Shown one piece after another: positions 21,440-31,138 of a DNA stretch of 59,306 bases. This stretch comes from Coleofasciculus chthonoplastes F2-STO-03. GTDB lineage: Bacteria; Cyanobacteriota; Cyanobacteriia; Cyanobacteriales; Coleofasciculaceae. The stretch covers positions 1-59,306 of the forward strand of contig JAVJWO010000173.1 of assembly GCA_040222015.1 (NCBI GenBank), given 5' to 3'. The position numbers were made by a program, and so were the translations under genes. The notes under the pieces are model-generated. The model searched no databases. It saw only the letters and a list, made by a program, of their open reading frames with translations, and was not told where the DNA came from. How positions within the stretch are numbered: position 1 is the first letter of the stretch; each line of letters opens with the position of its first letter.

Positions 21440-22960
21440 CTACTGATTTTTTTTACCCCGCAGCCAATAGGTTGTCATTTCTCCCTTACCTTTAATCTGA
21501 ATCACACCGCGTTCCTCAAACTCGTATTCATCCTTGAGCAATCCATAAGTCGCCTGTGTTACCTGAATCTGACCGGGTAAGCCATGAGACTCCATGCGGC
21601 TAGCCGTATTCACAGTGTCACCCCACAAATCGTAGCTAAACTTTTTAATGCCAATCACACCCGCGACAACAGGACCACTATTGATACCAATCCTGAGGCG
21701 AAAATTTTCTCCGGTTTCGTGATTAAATTCATCAATGGCTCGCTGCATCTCTAACGCCATCTGCGCGATCGCCTGAGCATGATCCAGACGCCGCCGAGGG
21801 AGTCCCGCCGCCACCATATACGCATCGCCAATCGTTTTAATTTTTTCCACGCCATGTTCCTCGACGAGTCGGTCAAATTTGGAGAAAATCTGGTTCAGCA
21901 GTTCGACTAGTTGAGTCGGTGAGGTTTGCGTGGAAAACTTGGTAAAATTTACCAGATCGGCAAACATAATCGTCACCCCTTTAAAACTCTCCGCGATCGT
22001 ACGTTGACCCCGCTTCAACATCTCTGCTACGGGTTGAGGTAAGATATTCAATAGCAGGAGTTCGGAACGTTTGCGGGCACGAGTGAGGGCAACTTCAGCT
22101 TGTTTTTGTTCGGTAATATCAGATACCGTTCCTTCGTAGTAGAGGAGTTTACCCGCTTCATCTTTAACCGTATCGATATTTTCCACAATCCAAATAATGC
22201 TGCCATCTTTCCGATAAACCTGAGACTGAAAGTCGGATAAGGTATCGTAGCGCTGAATTAAAGCAGCTAACTCTTCCTGGCGTGTGGGTTCAACATAAAG
22301 TTGTTCTCCAATATTCCTCGCCTGTTCCATGAGGTCTTCGGGGGAGGTATAGCCTAAAATTTTAGCTAGGGCTGGATTCGCAGTGATATAGCGTCCCTCA
22401 GGGGTGGCTTGGAAAATGCCCTCGGTGGCTCGTTCAAAGATACTGCGATATTTCTCTTCCGCTTGACGCAGGGATGCTTCTGCCCGTTGTCGTTCTTGTA
22501 TTTCGGCTTGGAGTTGCAGATTTTGCTCCTCTAGCCGCTTTTGCAGGTTCCGGAGTGCCAGATGGGTTGTTACTCTAGCTTTGACTTCTTCCTGCTGTAC
22601 GGGTTTGGTGATGAAATCTACCGCTCCTAGATTCAATCCTTTAACCTTATCCACCGCATCAGACAGCGCACTGAGAAACAGCACCGGGATATCCCGTGTG
22701 GCTGGATTCGCTTTCAGGCGACGACAGGTTTCAAAGCCATCAATCCCTGGCATCATCACATCCAGTAAGATGAGATCGGGTTTGGCATACTCGACTTTTT
22801 GCAGAGCGCTTTGCCCATCCTGCGCCACCAAAACTCTGAAGCCAGAATCGGTTAAAAAGTCAAAGAGGACACCGAGATTATGAGGAGTATCATCGACAAT
22901 AACGATGACGCCTTGATTAGAATGTTCATCATTCATCGGGGCTGACGTAGTTTGGTTCAT
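21440..22960 (-). CDS. Class III adenylate cyclase with REC and PAS domains
   Basis: REC (IVDD, LLDVMMP, K-P), PAS, MFADLVNFT, KIKTIGDAYM and YDLWGDTVNTASRMES; the Lys/Asp pair indicates ATP specificity. Confidence 0.92.
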   Translation of the reverse strand: MNQTTSAPMNDEHSNQGVIVIVDDTPHNLGVLFDFLTDSGFRVLVAQDGQSALQKVEYAKPDLILLDVMMPGIDGFETCRRLKANPATRDIPVLFLSALSDAVDKVKGLNLGAVDFITKPVQQEEVKARVTTHLALRNLQKRLEEQNLQLQAEIQERQRAEASLRQAEEKYRSIFERATEGIFQATPEGRYITANPALAKILGYTSPEDLMEQARNIGEQLYVEPTRQEELAALIQRYDTLSDFQSQVYRKDGSIIWIVENIDTVKDEAGKLLYYEGTVSDITEQKQAEVALTRARKRSELLLLNILPQPVAEMLKRGQRTIAESFKGVTIMFADLVNFTKFSTQTSPTQLVELLNQIFSKFDRLVEEHGVEKIKTIGDAYMVAAGLPRRRLDHAQAIAQMALEMQRAIDEFNHETGENFRLRIGINSGPVVAGVIGIKKFSYDLWGDTVNTASRMESHGLPGQIQVTQATYGLLKDEYEFEERGVIQIKGKGEMTTYWLRGKKNQ

Positions 22961-23097
22961 AGTTTATCGTTCATCGTTCATGATTCATTCCCTGATGAAG
23001 TGCCATAAACGGTAAACAATAGATAATAAGCCTGGGATGGAAGATACACCAACTTCAAAATCAAGCCAGAGTAGAGATACGGGTATTGTTGCCAATC

Positions 23098-23240
23098 TCC
23101 TCTGCTTCCCCAGCTTCCCCAGCTCCCCCAGCTCCCTCTGCTCCCTCTGCTTCCCCAGCTCCCCCAGCTCCCTCTGCTCCCTCTGCTCCCTCTGCTCCCC
23201 CAGCTCCCCCAGCTCCCTCTGCTCCCTCTGCTTCCCCAGC
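23098..23240. repeat. 9-bp tandem repeat array (CTCCCTCTG / CT(T/C)CCCCAG), about 16 units
   Basis: Directly visible between the GGDEF and cyclase genes; it generates several spurious low-complexity ORFs. Confidence 0.9.
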
Positions 23241-23243
23241 CAA

Positions 23244-24308
23244 TCACTGGGGTGAGGAGCGAGAGGGTGAAGGTATAGAGCATACACTCTGAGAGTGAGG
23301 ATCGTCCAGTGGCAGAAAAACTGCGCGATCGCGCCCCGTTCCTTTTGCCTGATACAATGCTTGATCCGCCGCCGCTATTAGCGCTTCCGGAGAGGTTTGA
23401 TGACAAGGAACAGTGCTAGATACCCCCACACTTAAGGTGACAGAATCTTTTATCGGCGATCGCGGATGCGTCAAACCCAACAGAGTCAGCTTCGACTGAA
23501 TAAATTTGGCAACTTGTAACGCGCCTTGGGCTGGAGTATTCGGTAGAATCACCGCAAATTCTTCTCCACCATAGCGGGCGACTAAATCGGCGGGACGCTT
23601 TACCACCTGTTTCATCGCTTGCGCCACCTTATACAAACATTCATCCCCAGCTTGATGCCCCTTAGTATCATTGTAGAGTTTAAAATAGTCTACATCACAT
23701 AAAAGTAACGACAATACCCATTGTTCTCGTCGGGAAATCCGCCACACTTGGTTAAAATATTCATCAAATCGATGCCGATTCGCTACCTGAGTTAAACTAT
23801 CTAACGTGGCTAAACGCTTCAGTTGAGCATTCGCTTTTTGCAGTTTTGCCTCAGCCTCCTGACGCTGCTGAATCTCCTGTTGGAGTTGCTGATTTTGGGT
23901 TTGCAGATTTTGGCGTAGCTTTTGAATCGTCAGATGGGTGTTCACTCGCGCCAACACGATTTCCTGTTGGGTGGGCTTAATAATATAATCAACCGCGCCT
24001 AATTCAAATCCTTTGATAATAACCGCCGTTTGAGACAGGGCGGTGAGAAAAATTACTGGGATATCTTGGGTATCCGGATTAGCTTTCAGACGCCGACAGG
24101 TTTCAAACCCATCAATTCCCGGCATAATTACATCCAGCAAAATGATATCGGGATGCTCAACTTCAGCTTTTTTAATCGCACTGTCACCATCCCTTGCCAC
24201 GATAACCTGAAATCCTGCCTCACTCACAAAATCTAACAGCACTTCTGAGTTGGTGAGATTATCATCAACAATGAGAATTGTCTCTTGATCAGATGCTTCA
24301 ACCGTCAT
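23244..24308 (-). CDS. Response regulator-diguanylate cyclase (REC-GGDEF, PleD/WspR-like)
   Basis: REC domain, coiled coil, D.LT..ANR, DVDYFK.YND..GH..GD, RPAD I-site and GGEEF active site. Confidence 0.93.
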   Translation of the reverse strand: MTVEASDQETILIVDDNLTNSEVLLDFVSEAGFQVIVARDGDSAIKKAEVEHPDIILLDVIMPGIDGFETCRRLKANPDTQDIPVIFLTALSQTAVIIKGFELGAVDYIIKPTQQEIVLARVNTHLTIQKLRQNLQTQNQQLQQEIQQRQEAEAKLQKANAQLKRLATLDSLTQVANRHRFDEYFNQVWRISRREQWVLSLLLCDVDYFKLYNDTKGHQAGDECLYKVAQAMKQVVKRPADLVARYGGEEFAVILPNTPAQGALQVAKFIQSKLTLLGLTHPRSPIKDSVTLSVGVSSTVPCHQTSPEALIAAADQALYQAKGTGRDRAVFLPLDDPHSQSVCSIPSPSRSSPQ

Positions 24309-24409
24309 TAGTCATTAGTCCTTTGTCATTTGTAATTAGTTCTTGTTCTTCATTCATTCACAACTCAACACTCAATATTTAATCCTCAATCTTAACACTA
24401 TTAATTACT

Positions 24410-27400
24410 TTAATCCGGCATATATTTTTTCACAAACTCCAGAATTTGTTTTTCTTGAAACCCGTTAGCTAAAAGGCGTATTTTTTGGGCAAATGGAATC
24501 CATCGCGGCTCGAATTTTTCAAGTTTATCGGCTTGCTTAATAATCCCTTTAATATCACCCATCATGGCTAATTCATAAAGAACATTCATTTCTTTTTGGG
24601 GCGGTGCAATAATCTTTGAAGGAGTAATCGAAACCTCGGCATTTTGATCAGGTAGTCTTTCTGAAGGGTAAGCACTATTAGGGGCTTTGTCTGATTCATA
24701 AATCCACTCTAAATTGAGATGCTTTTGCAAAGTAGCAAAGAGAGTTTTGGCTTGTATAGGTTGTCCAATAAAATCATTACAACCTGCGGCGATAGATTGC
24801 TGTTGTTTTTCTCCAAAAACGCTGGCTGAAATCGCCAACACAACGGTATCCCGTAACGATAGAATTTCTCGTATCCGTCGAGTCGCTTCTAATCCATCGA
24901 GTTTTGGCATCATCAAATCCATTAAAATTGCGTCAGGGTGTTCTTGTTGCGCTTGCTGGAGACAGTCTTCACCATTTATCGCTTCAAGTACCTCAAATCC
25001 TAAGGGTAACAATAAATTGACTAAAATCGAACGATTTTGCCATTGATCATCAGCAATCAATATTTTGCGCGGATAACCGCTAAACCCAATAATAATTCGG
25101 TCTTCCACCACATCCATTGCTTGATCAGGAGAGACGGTAGGTAAATCTAAATCAACATAAAAGGTACTCCCTTGACCAACATGACTTTCGACATGAAGTT
25201 CACCGCCAAGGAGTTGAACTAATCGCTGACTAATCGCTAATCCTAATCCCGTTCCTTCCACCTGGCGATTCCGATCGCCAATTTGATGGAAGGGTAAAAA
25301 GATATTGGTTAATTGTTCAGCCGCAATGCCAATTCCGGTATCTTCAATTTGAAAGCGCATAGTGTTGGATGTTTCTGTCGCTGGTTCTTGGGCTGAAGTA
25401 TAACCCACTTTAAATGTGATACTCCCCTGATCCGTAAATTTAATCGCATTTCCCAACAAATTAATTAGCACTTGTCGCAATCGTTTTTCATCACCCCGGA
25501 CAATTTTAGGTAAAGGATAGAGAGGTTGATAGTGAAAGGCAATGGCTTTTTCGTCCGCCCGAATACGAACCATTTCGATAATGCCTTCTAGAAAATGGGG
25601 GAACTGAAATTCGCTTAAACATAAGTCCATTTTCCGGGCTTCGATTTTAGACAGGTCTAAAATATCGTTGAGTAGGGTTAACAGATGTTCCCCACACTGT
25701 TGAATAATACTCAGTCCCTGCTGCTGCTTGGTAGTGGGATGAGGTTCCCGTTTGAGAACTTGAACATAGCCTAAAATACCGTTGAGTGGGGTGCGGAGTT
25801 CATGACTCATATTTGCCAAAAATTCGCTTTTGGCATGATTGGCGGTTTCGGCTTCTTGGCGGGCTTGTTCCAGGTGTAAATTCTTTTCGGCTAATTGTTG
25901 ATTAATTCGGGTTTGTTCTTCTAACAGTTGACTCTGGGCGAGGGCAATTCCTACCTGATCCGCGAGTTGACTCAACAGTTCAATTTCAAACATTTCCCAC
26001 TGTCGCGGACCACTACATTGATGGGCAATTAATAGACCCCAGAGGTTCTCTCGTTGTAGAATGGGAACGACTAAATTCGCTCTCACACCAAAGGGTTGTA
26101 AAAGTTCGATATGACAGGGTTCTAAGTCGGCTTGGTAGAGATCCTCGATCGCGCGAATGCGTCCTTGGCGATATTGCTCTAGGTAGCCTTCCCGAAAACA
26201 GGGATCATAAATCTCCTGTCCTTGAATCGGTGTCCAGCCAGGAACTACAGCTTCCGTCATAATCACGCCGGTTCCATCATCATTGAGTTGGTAGATCACC
26301 ACTCGATCCACTTGCAAAATTCGGCGCACTTCTGTTACCGTTGTTTGCAGGATGGCATCGAGTTGTAAGGATTGGCGAATCTTCAGGGTAATTTCGGCAA
26401 AGAGTTGCCGTTGTAGGGTTTGACGCCGCAGTTCGGCTTCGGAATGCTTGCGTTCGGTGATATCTTCGGCAATCCCAGCAATGCGGGTCATTTTACCCTT
26501 GTCGTTGAACACCCGAAATGTCCGCACCCAAACCCAGCGTTCACTCCCGTCGGGACGTAAAATGCGGTATTCTTGTTCAAAGTCTTGTTCCCCTTGCAGT
26601 TGTTTCCCTAACGCCTCCGCCACGCGATCGCGATCATAAGGATGAATATTATCTAACCAGGTCATCGGCTGGTCGTAAAGACTTTCGCGGGATCGTCCCC
26701 AAACTTCCTCGTAGGCGGGACTCAGATAAAACATACGGCTTAAATCGGGTGTGGTTAAAAAGAACACTTCCCGGATATTTTCCGCCAGTTGACGGAATTG
26801 TTCCTCTCTCTCCAGTAACGCGGCTTCTGCTTGTTTGCGATCGCTAATATCCGTATGTGTCCCGACAATTCGCGTCACCTTACCCTTGTCATCCCGCAGA
26901 ACCAATCCGCGCGATAAAAACCAAGGGGTTGAACCATCGGTGTATACCATGCGAAACTCTAATTTCCATTGCGATAGTTCACTGATGAAAAGTTGATCGA
27001 TGCTGATTTTTACCATCGACTTATCCTCTGGATGAACCCGCGCCATCAACTCATCAAAGCTGGGGGTATCTCGGTCTTCAGGATAACCAATCAGATGCAG
27101 AAATTGGGGCGAATAATAGTAGGTCTTTGTTTTGAAATTAATATCAAACAGTCCGCTATCATTGGCTTGAATCGCTAGGGCAAACCGTTCCTCACTCTCC
27201 CGTAATGCCGTTTGCGTTTGCTGGCGTTGAGTAATATCCAATGCCATGGACGCAATACCGATAAGATTTCCTTGGCTATCAATTAGAGGCGTATTATACC
27301 ATTCACAAATAATAGTTCTGCCATCTTTCGTGATATTCTGATTACAGGAACGAGCAACTTGTTTGTCATACCATAGTTTCGCTTTAATTTGTTTAATTTG

Positions 27401-28897
27401 AGCTTGGGCAGCCGGAGGTACAATTAGAGTAGACGGATGACCTAAGGCTTCGTCTCGACGATAGCCAAAAATGGTTTCCGCCGCCGGATTCCAATCAACA
27501 ATATGCCCATCAGTATTCCATTCAATCACCGCCAGGGGCGTTTGTTGAACCAATAGGGCGAGACGTTGATCATTTTTCCGCAACGCTTTCTCCATCTGCT
27601 TCTGTTCTACCACTTCGGCTAAGAGTTGGCGATTAGCGGCTTTCAATGCGGCGGTTCGTTCCTGAAACTGTTGATCGAGATGGGCAACGATATAGCGAGA
27701 CTGGGTGTCGCGATCGCACAATTCTTGATAAGCCGTAGCGCGATCGCTGACAATAGCAGCGACAATCAGGGCGGTTATGGTGAAGATGGCGATAAACACA
27801 TCTTGGGAAACGATAACCCGATTAAACGACTCCAACCTCTCAGCCTGTTGCCAAAAGGCGATACTCGCGACTACACCAATACCCAATGCGGTAATTCGTT
27901 GACCCCATTGCAGGGCTGCCCATAAAATAAACGGAAATAGCAAATACTTTAAGTCAATTTGAACGAAAGACTGATTTAACAAATTGCTTAACTGAGTGGC
28001 AAGTTGTTGATGAAATTGGACTCCGATTGGATTAGAACCCGTTAGGCTATCACCTGTTACACTAACCGAGGAATTAGCGGGAATCGAGAAAACACCAAAC
28101 ACCAACCCACTCACGATTGCCAATCCAATTAGCCAAACTCCAACTTGAATGATGAGTGCTGATCCTTCGCTTCGCTCTAGAACATGACTTGTAGGGGCGG
28201 GTTTCACTACCATTGTTTCTGACTTAACCCAGATAGAACTAAACCCGCCCTTACCCAAATTGTGAATGAACGGTATAACTCCCCTATCTTCCCCTGCTTC
28301 CCCTGCTCCCTCTGCTCCCTCTGCTCCCTCTGCTCCCTCTGCTCCCTCTGCTCCCTCTGCTCCCTCATCCCCCAACTGCATCATCGAATCACCCTGAGTC
28401 AACAGTACAGGCGTAACCACTAAAAGTCCCATCGCATTACTCAACCACCACCGCAGCCAATCTCCTGCACCCCATTCCCCCGCCAAAACTTCACCCAACA
28501 GACGAATGGTGGGACTCACCAGGGAGGATAATAGAACCATACCCACCAGAAATTTGACCACATCCCGGCGACGATTTAACCCTGGATGCATCTCCCAGGA
28601 TTGAACCAACGTCACACCCCACCAAGCTTGTATCGTACAGCCTAAACAGGATGCGATCGCAACCGTTCCCGGAATTCCCATAAATAGTGCCCTAGATAAC
28701 TCAGCCAAAGCCACACCCAGCCACAGATTGCGCCCCAGTAACATCAAGGCGGCTTGACTTATTCCGGCGGGAATCCAGAGAAGGGGGATAATATTTTGAT
28801 AACTAACAATTTTGGCAGTCGCGATATAAATTAGCGTCAAGGCTAAGACGTTGAGGAAATATCGTCCTAACGGAGAAAGATTCCAGGTTTTGTTCAT
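24410..28897 (-). CDS. Hybrid sensor histidine kinase MASE1-PAS-PAS-PAS-GAF(cyanobacteriochrome)-HisKA-HATPase-REC
   Basis: N-terminal MASE1-like TM region, three PAS/PAC domains, GAF with DPCF and CH motifs, H-box FLANMSHELRTPLN, N/G1/F/G2 boxes and REC (IADD, LMDLMMP). Confidence 0.93.
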   Translation of the reverse strand: MNKTWNLSPLGRYFLNVLALTLIYIATAKIVSYQNIIPLLWIPAGISQAALMLLGRNLWLGVALAELSRALFMGIPGTVAIASCLGCTIQAWWGVTLVQSWEMHPGLNRRRDVVKFLVGMVLLSSLVSPTIRLLGEVLAGEWGAGDWLRWWLSNAMGLLVVTPVLLTQGDSMMQLGDEGAEGAEGAEGAEGAEGAEGAGEAGEDRGVIPFIHNLGKGGFSSIWVKSETMVVKPAPTSHVLERSEGSALIIQVGVWLIGLAIVSGLVFGVFSIPANSSVSVTGDSLTGSNPIGVQFHQQLATQLSNLLNQSFVQIDLKYLLFPFILWAALQWGQRITALGIGVVASIAFWQQAERLESFNRVIVSQDVFIAIFTITALIVAAIVSDRATAYQELCDRDTQSRYIVAHLDQQFQERTAALKAANRQLLAEVVEQKQMEKALRKNDQRLALLVQQTPLAVIEWNTDGHIVDWNPAAETIFGYRRDEALGHPSTLIVPPAAQAQIKQIKAKLWYDKQVARSCNQNITKDGRTIICEWYNTPLIDSQGNLIGIASMALDITQRQQTQTALRESEERFALAIQANDSGLFDINFKTKTYYYSPQFLHLIGYPEDRDTPSFDELMARVHPEDKSMVKISIDQLFISELSQWKLEFRMVYTDGSTPWFLSRGLVLRDDKGKVTRIVGTHTDISDRKQAEAALLEREEQFRQLAENIREVFFLTTPDLSRMFYLSPAYEEVWGRSRESLYDQPMTWLDNIHPYDRDRVAEALGKQLQGEQDFEQEYRILRPDGSERWVWVRTFRVFNDKGKMTRIAGIAEDITERKHSEAELRRQTLQRQLFAEITLKIRQSLQLDAILQTTVTEVRRILQVDRVVIYQLNDDGTGVIMTEAVVPGWTPIQGQEIYDPCFREGYLEQYRQGRIRAIEDLYQADLEPCHIELLQPFGVRANLVVPILQRENLWGLLIAHQCSGPRQWEMFEIELLSQLADQVGIALAQSQLLEEQTRINQQLAEKNLHLEQARQEAETANHAKSEFLANMSHELRTPLNGILGYVQVLKREPHPTTKQQQGLSIIQQCGEHLLTLLNDILDLSKIEARKMDLCLSEFQFPHFLEGIIEMVRIRADEKAIAFHYQPLYPLPKIVRGDEKRLRQVLINLLGNAIKFTDQGSITFKVGYTSAQEPATETSNTMRFQIEDTGIGIAAEQLTNIFLPFHQIGDRNRQVEGTGLGLAISQRLVQLLGGELHVESHVGQGSTFYVDLDLPTVSPDQAMDVVEDRIIIGFSGYPRKILIADDQWQNRSILVNLLLPLGFEVLEAINGEDCLQQAQQEHPDAILMDLMMPKLDGLEATRRIREILSLRDTVVLAISASVFGEKQQQSIAAGCNDFIGQPIQAKTLFATLQKHLNLEWIYESDKAPNSAYPSERLPDQNAEVSITPSKIIAPPQKEMNVLYELAMMGDIKGIIKQADKLEKFEPRWIPFAQKIRLLANGFQEKQILEFVKKYMPD

Positions 28898-29643
28898 CGG
28901 ACTTTCTAACGTTTAAATTATTCAGTAGCAATGATTAATTGCGCTTTCAAATAAACCATCAAGCGCTTATTGGAACGAGTTTAGGCGGGCAATCAAGGTA
29001 GCACCAATACCATTTCCCAAAAACCAGTCCTTTCCCCATCCACCAAGCGGCTACAATCTCAACTCTAAAATCGGATCAGGATCGGGCGGAATCGGGAGAG
29101 CGATCACCCTTAGAGTTTAACATCTTAACTCAAAGCCATAAATTCAAACTTAAGCTAGGTTCGTAGTCAGCACTTTCGTGTTACCAGCGTTTGTTCTCGA
29201 AGGATAAACCTTAAAATGAATGTCGCTGACTTAAGCTGGGTTCGTAAGTACCTAGACATAAATTCTGTACGAAGACAGCGCTTACTACAAACTCTAAATT
29301 CAGCGACATTCACCTTAAAACCAGTAACATTCGACTTTATTTTGTATGGTGTCGCGTTAGCCTAGTGCAAGAAAGCAGAAATCACTGAACAGCTAACATC
29401 TCCCCCAGCTTCCAGACGTAGCATGCTACGTCTCTACAACCCCTGCTCCCCCTGCTCCTCCACACCTACAAAGCTGCTCCAATATTTCCGCCAAGCTGCA
29501 CTAGCGGGATGTAGTACATTGTCTATACACAAGTTAGCCAGATATGACTGTGATCTTGATCATATTAATTTAAAATTAATATCACATTTCACTTTCAACT
29601 CCCTCACAAATTGACCGTCTGAATATCACCGGAGTCAAGGACA

Positions 29644-29659
29644 AGTAACACAGATTACA
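29644..29659. promoter_or_regulatory. Candidate operator AGTAACACAGATTACA (GTA-N8-TAC, NtcA/CRP-type); identical copy at 37759-37774
   Basis: Exact 16-bp match between two intergenic regions of the CIS locus. Confidence 0.55.
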
Positions 29660-29667
29660 TTGGGATA

Positions 29668-29967
29668 ATGAAGAATAATTTGAATAATCAAAACACATCA
29701 GATATCTCTCATAATCTAAAATCTGATCCACCTGTTTTTATCTACATCTTTGGTCTTGCTATGAACCTTTGGATTATCAGTCTATACGCGCTTGTTTCGT
29801 TTTATTTATTAGTGGCTTGGTTACGCTTTTTCAGACAAGGAAGAGGAATGTCAGATCAGCAAAAAGTTTTATCCTTACTCACTATTGGTATCGCCACAGT
29901 ATTTTGGCCCCTTGTCCTCCCCATTGCTTACGTGAAATTACTAGATGCTACAGCATCGCAATCGTAG
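29668..29967 (+). CDS. Small membrane protein, hypothetical
   Basis: Hydrophobic helices and an IAT.FWPLVLPIAY motif; the true start may be a later ATG (29761). Confidence 0.6.
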   Translation: MKNNLNNQNTSDISHNLKSDPPVFIYIFGLAMNLWIISLYALVSFYLLVAWLRFFRQGRGMSDQQKVLSLLTIGIATVFWPLVLPIAYVKLLDATASQS

Positions 29968-30162
29968 GGATGTTCCAGTGGAACATCTTTACAAGACTTA
30001 AACAAATCACGCATAAGGTTAATTGAACCTTGGAATAAGAGGGGCTTACCTTACAGGTGGGTAAGCCATTTTCTCAACCCTCTGCTAGAGTAGTCAGTAA
30101 GAGTCTTTCGGGAAAACTCAGCTTGACAATCCCCGGAAAAACTGAGTCAGAGATAATCGATC

Positions 30163-30672
30163 ATGTCACAACTTGTTAAAGCTAAACTGATTTCTACAGA
30201 TGGTGGGGGAACCATTGATTTCATGTTCAACCCCAACCAGTTGGCGTTTAGCCAGCAAATTAACTTAACAAAAAGTAGTGGAGCGCGAACGGGTCGAGGA
30301 TTACCCAAGGTTAACTTTGCTTATCCTGAACCCGTTACCCTCTCGATTAACGATGTTATTTTTGATACCTATGAGACAGGTGAGAACGTTCTCCGTTACC
30401 TGAAACCCTTTGAGAAAGCGGTAAATTTTGCCGAGTCGGGGGAAGGAAAGGAAAAACGGCCTCCCACTTATGTGTTTACCTGGGGATCTCAGGAGTATAT
30501 TCGCTGTTTTGTTACAAAAGTTGATTATAACTTGACCATGTTTCTGCCCGATGGGACACCCGTCCGAGTCTCGGTTAACCTGACATTGGAAGAAATTGAT
30601 GAGTCGTTTTCACAACCGGGAATGGGAACACCCCAACCTGGTGATAGCCAGCGTCAGAGTAATGGGCGTTAA
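30163..30672 (+). CDS. CIS tube-initiator/hub protein (Afp7/Cis7-like, no LysM domain visible)
   Basis: F.FNP..L, FDTYE, RPP...F.WG and TMFLPDGTP.R..V.L.L.E motifs; immediately precedes vgrG. Confidence 0.82.
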   Translation: MSQLVKAKLISTDGGGTIDFMFNPNQLAFSQQINLTKSSGARTGRGLPKVNFAYPEPVTLSINDVIFDTYETGENVLRYLKPFEKAVNFAESGEGKEKRPPTYVFTWGSQEYIRCFVTKVDYNLTMFLPDGTPVRVSVNLTLEEIDESFSQPGMGTPQPGDSQRQSNGR

Positions 30673-30711
30673 TATAGCACGGTGGAGAACTCGCTCCTTT
30701 GACAAGCAAGC

Positions 30712-30824
30712 TAAGTAGGGGGGCAATTAAAGTTAACGGCGGAGATCGTCATTCGCTTATGTAAGGGTTTGAGGAACATTCACAGAACTTAACATAGTTC
30801 GGTTTATTTCCACCGACCTACTTA
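30712..30824. mobile_element. MITE-like element with TA-AGTAGG...CCTACT-TA ends, nested in an older copy (30679-30902); other copies at 38015-38155, 43424-~43494 and ~52221-52351
   Basis: Terminal inverted repeats, flanking TA and a shared internal TTATGTAAGGGTTTGAG...ACTTAA.ATAG...GTTTAT core. Confidence 0.75.
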
Positions 30825-31138
30825 CCTCATTCGTTTATGTAAGAGTTTGAGAGCTATTGACAAAACTTAATATAGTTGAGTTTATGTCCACGAATCTACT
30901 TATAATAGTTACTTGTTGAATTTTTACGGATGAATGCTACATTCATCTTAAACAGGTTATTCAGATTAGTTTACAAAACGTAAAACTAAGGCAAGCGAAA
31001 CAAACAGGCAATACAATAAAAAAATCCCCCAAGCCCCTGCTTTCTGCCTAAATTGTCCCCTTCTCACATCAATTCCCCCTGGGTAAATTCCCAGTCAGTG
31101 GCACAACTCAGTGCTAATTCTTCATTCTAGAGGTCGCC

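Noticed and set aside
22978..23406. Several low-complexity ORFs (GSR/GSW, EQR, GAE, SAP repeats)
   Set aside because: They are by-products of a stop-free 9-bp tandem array read in multiple frames.
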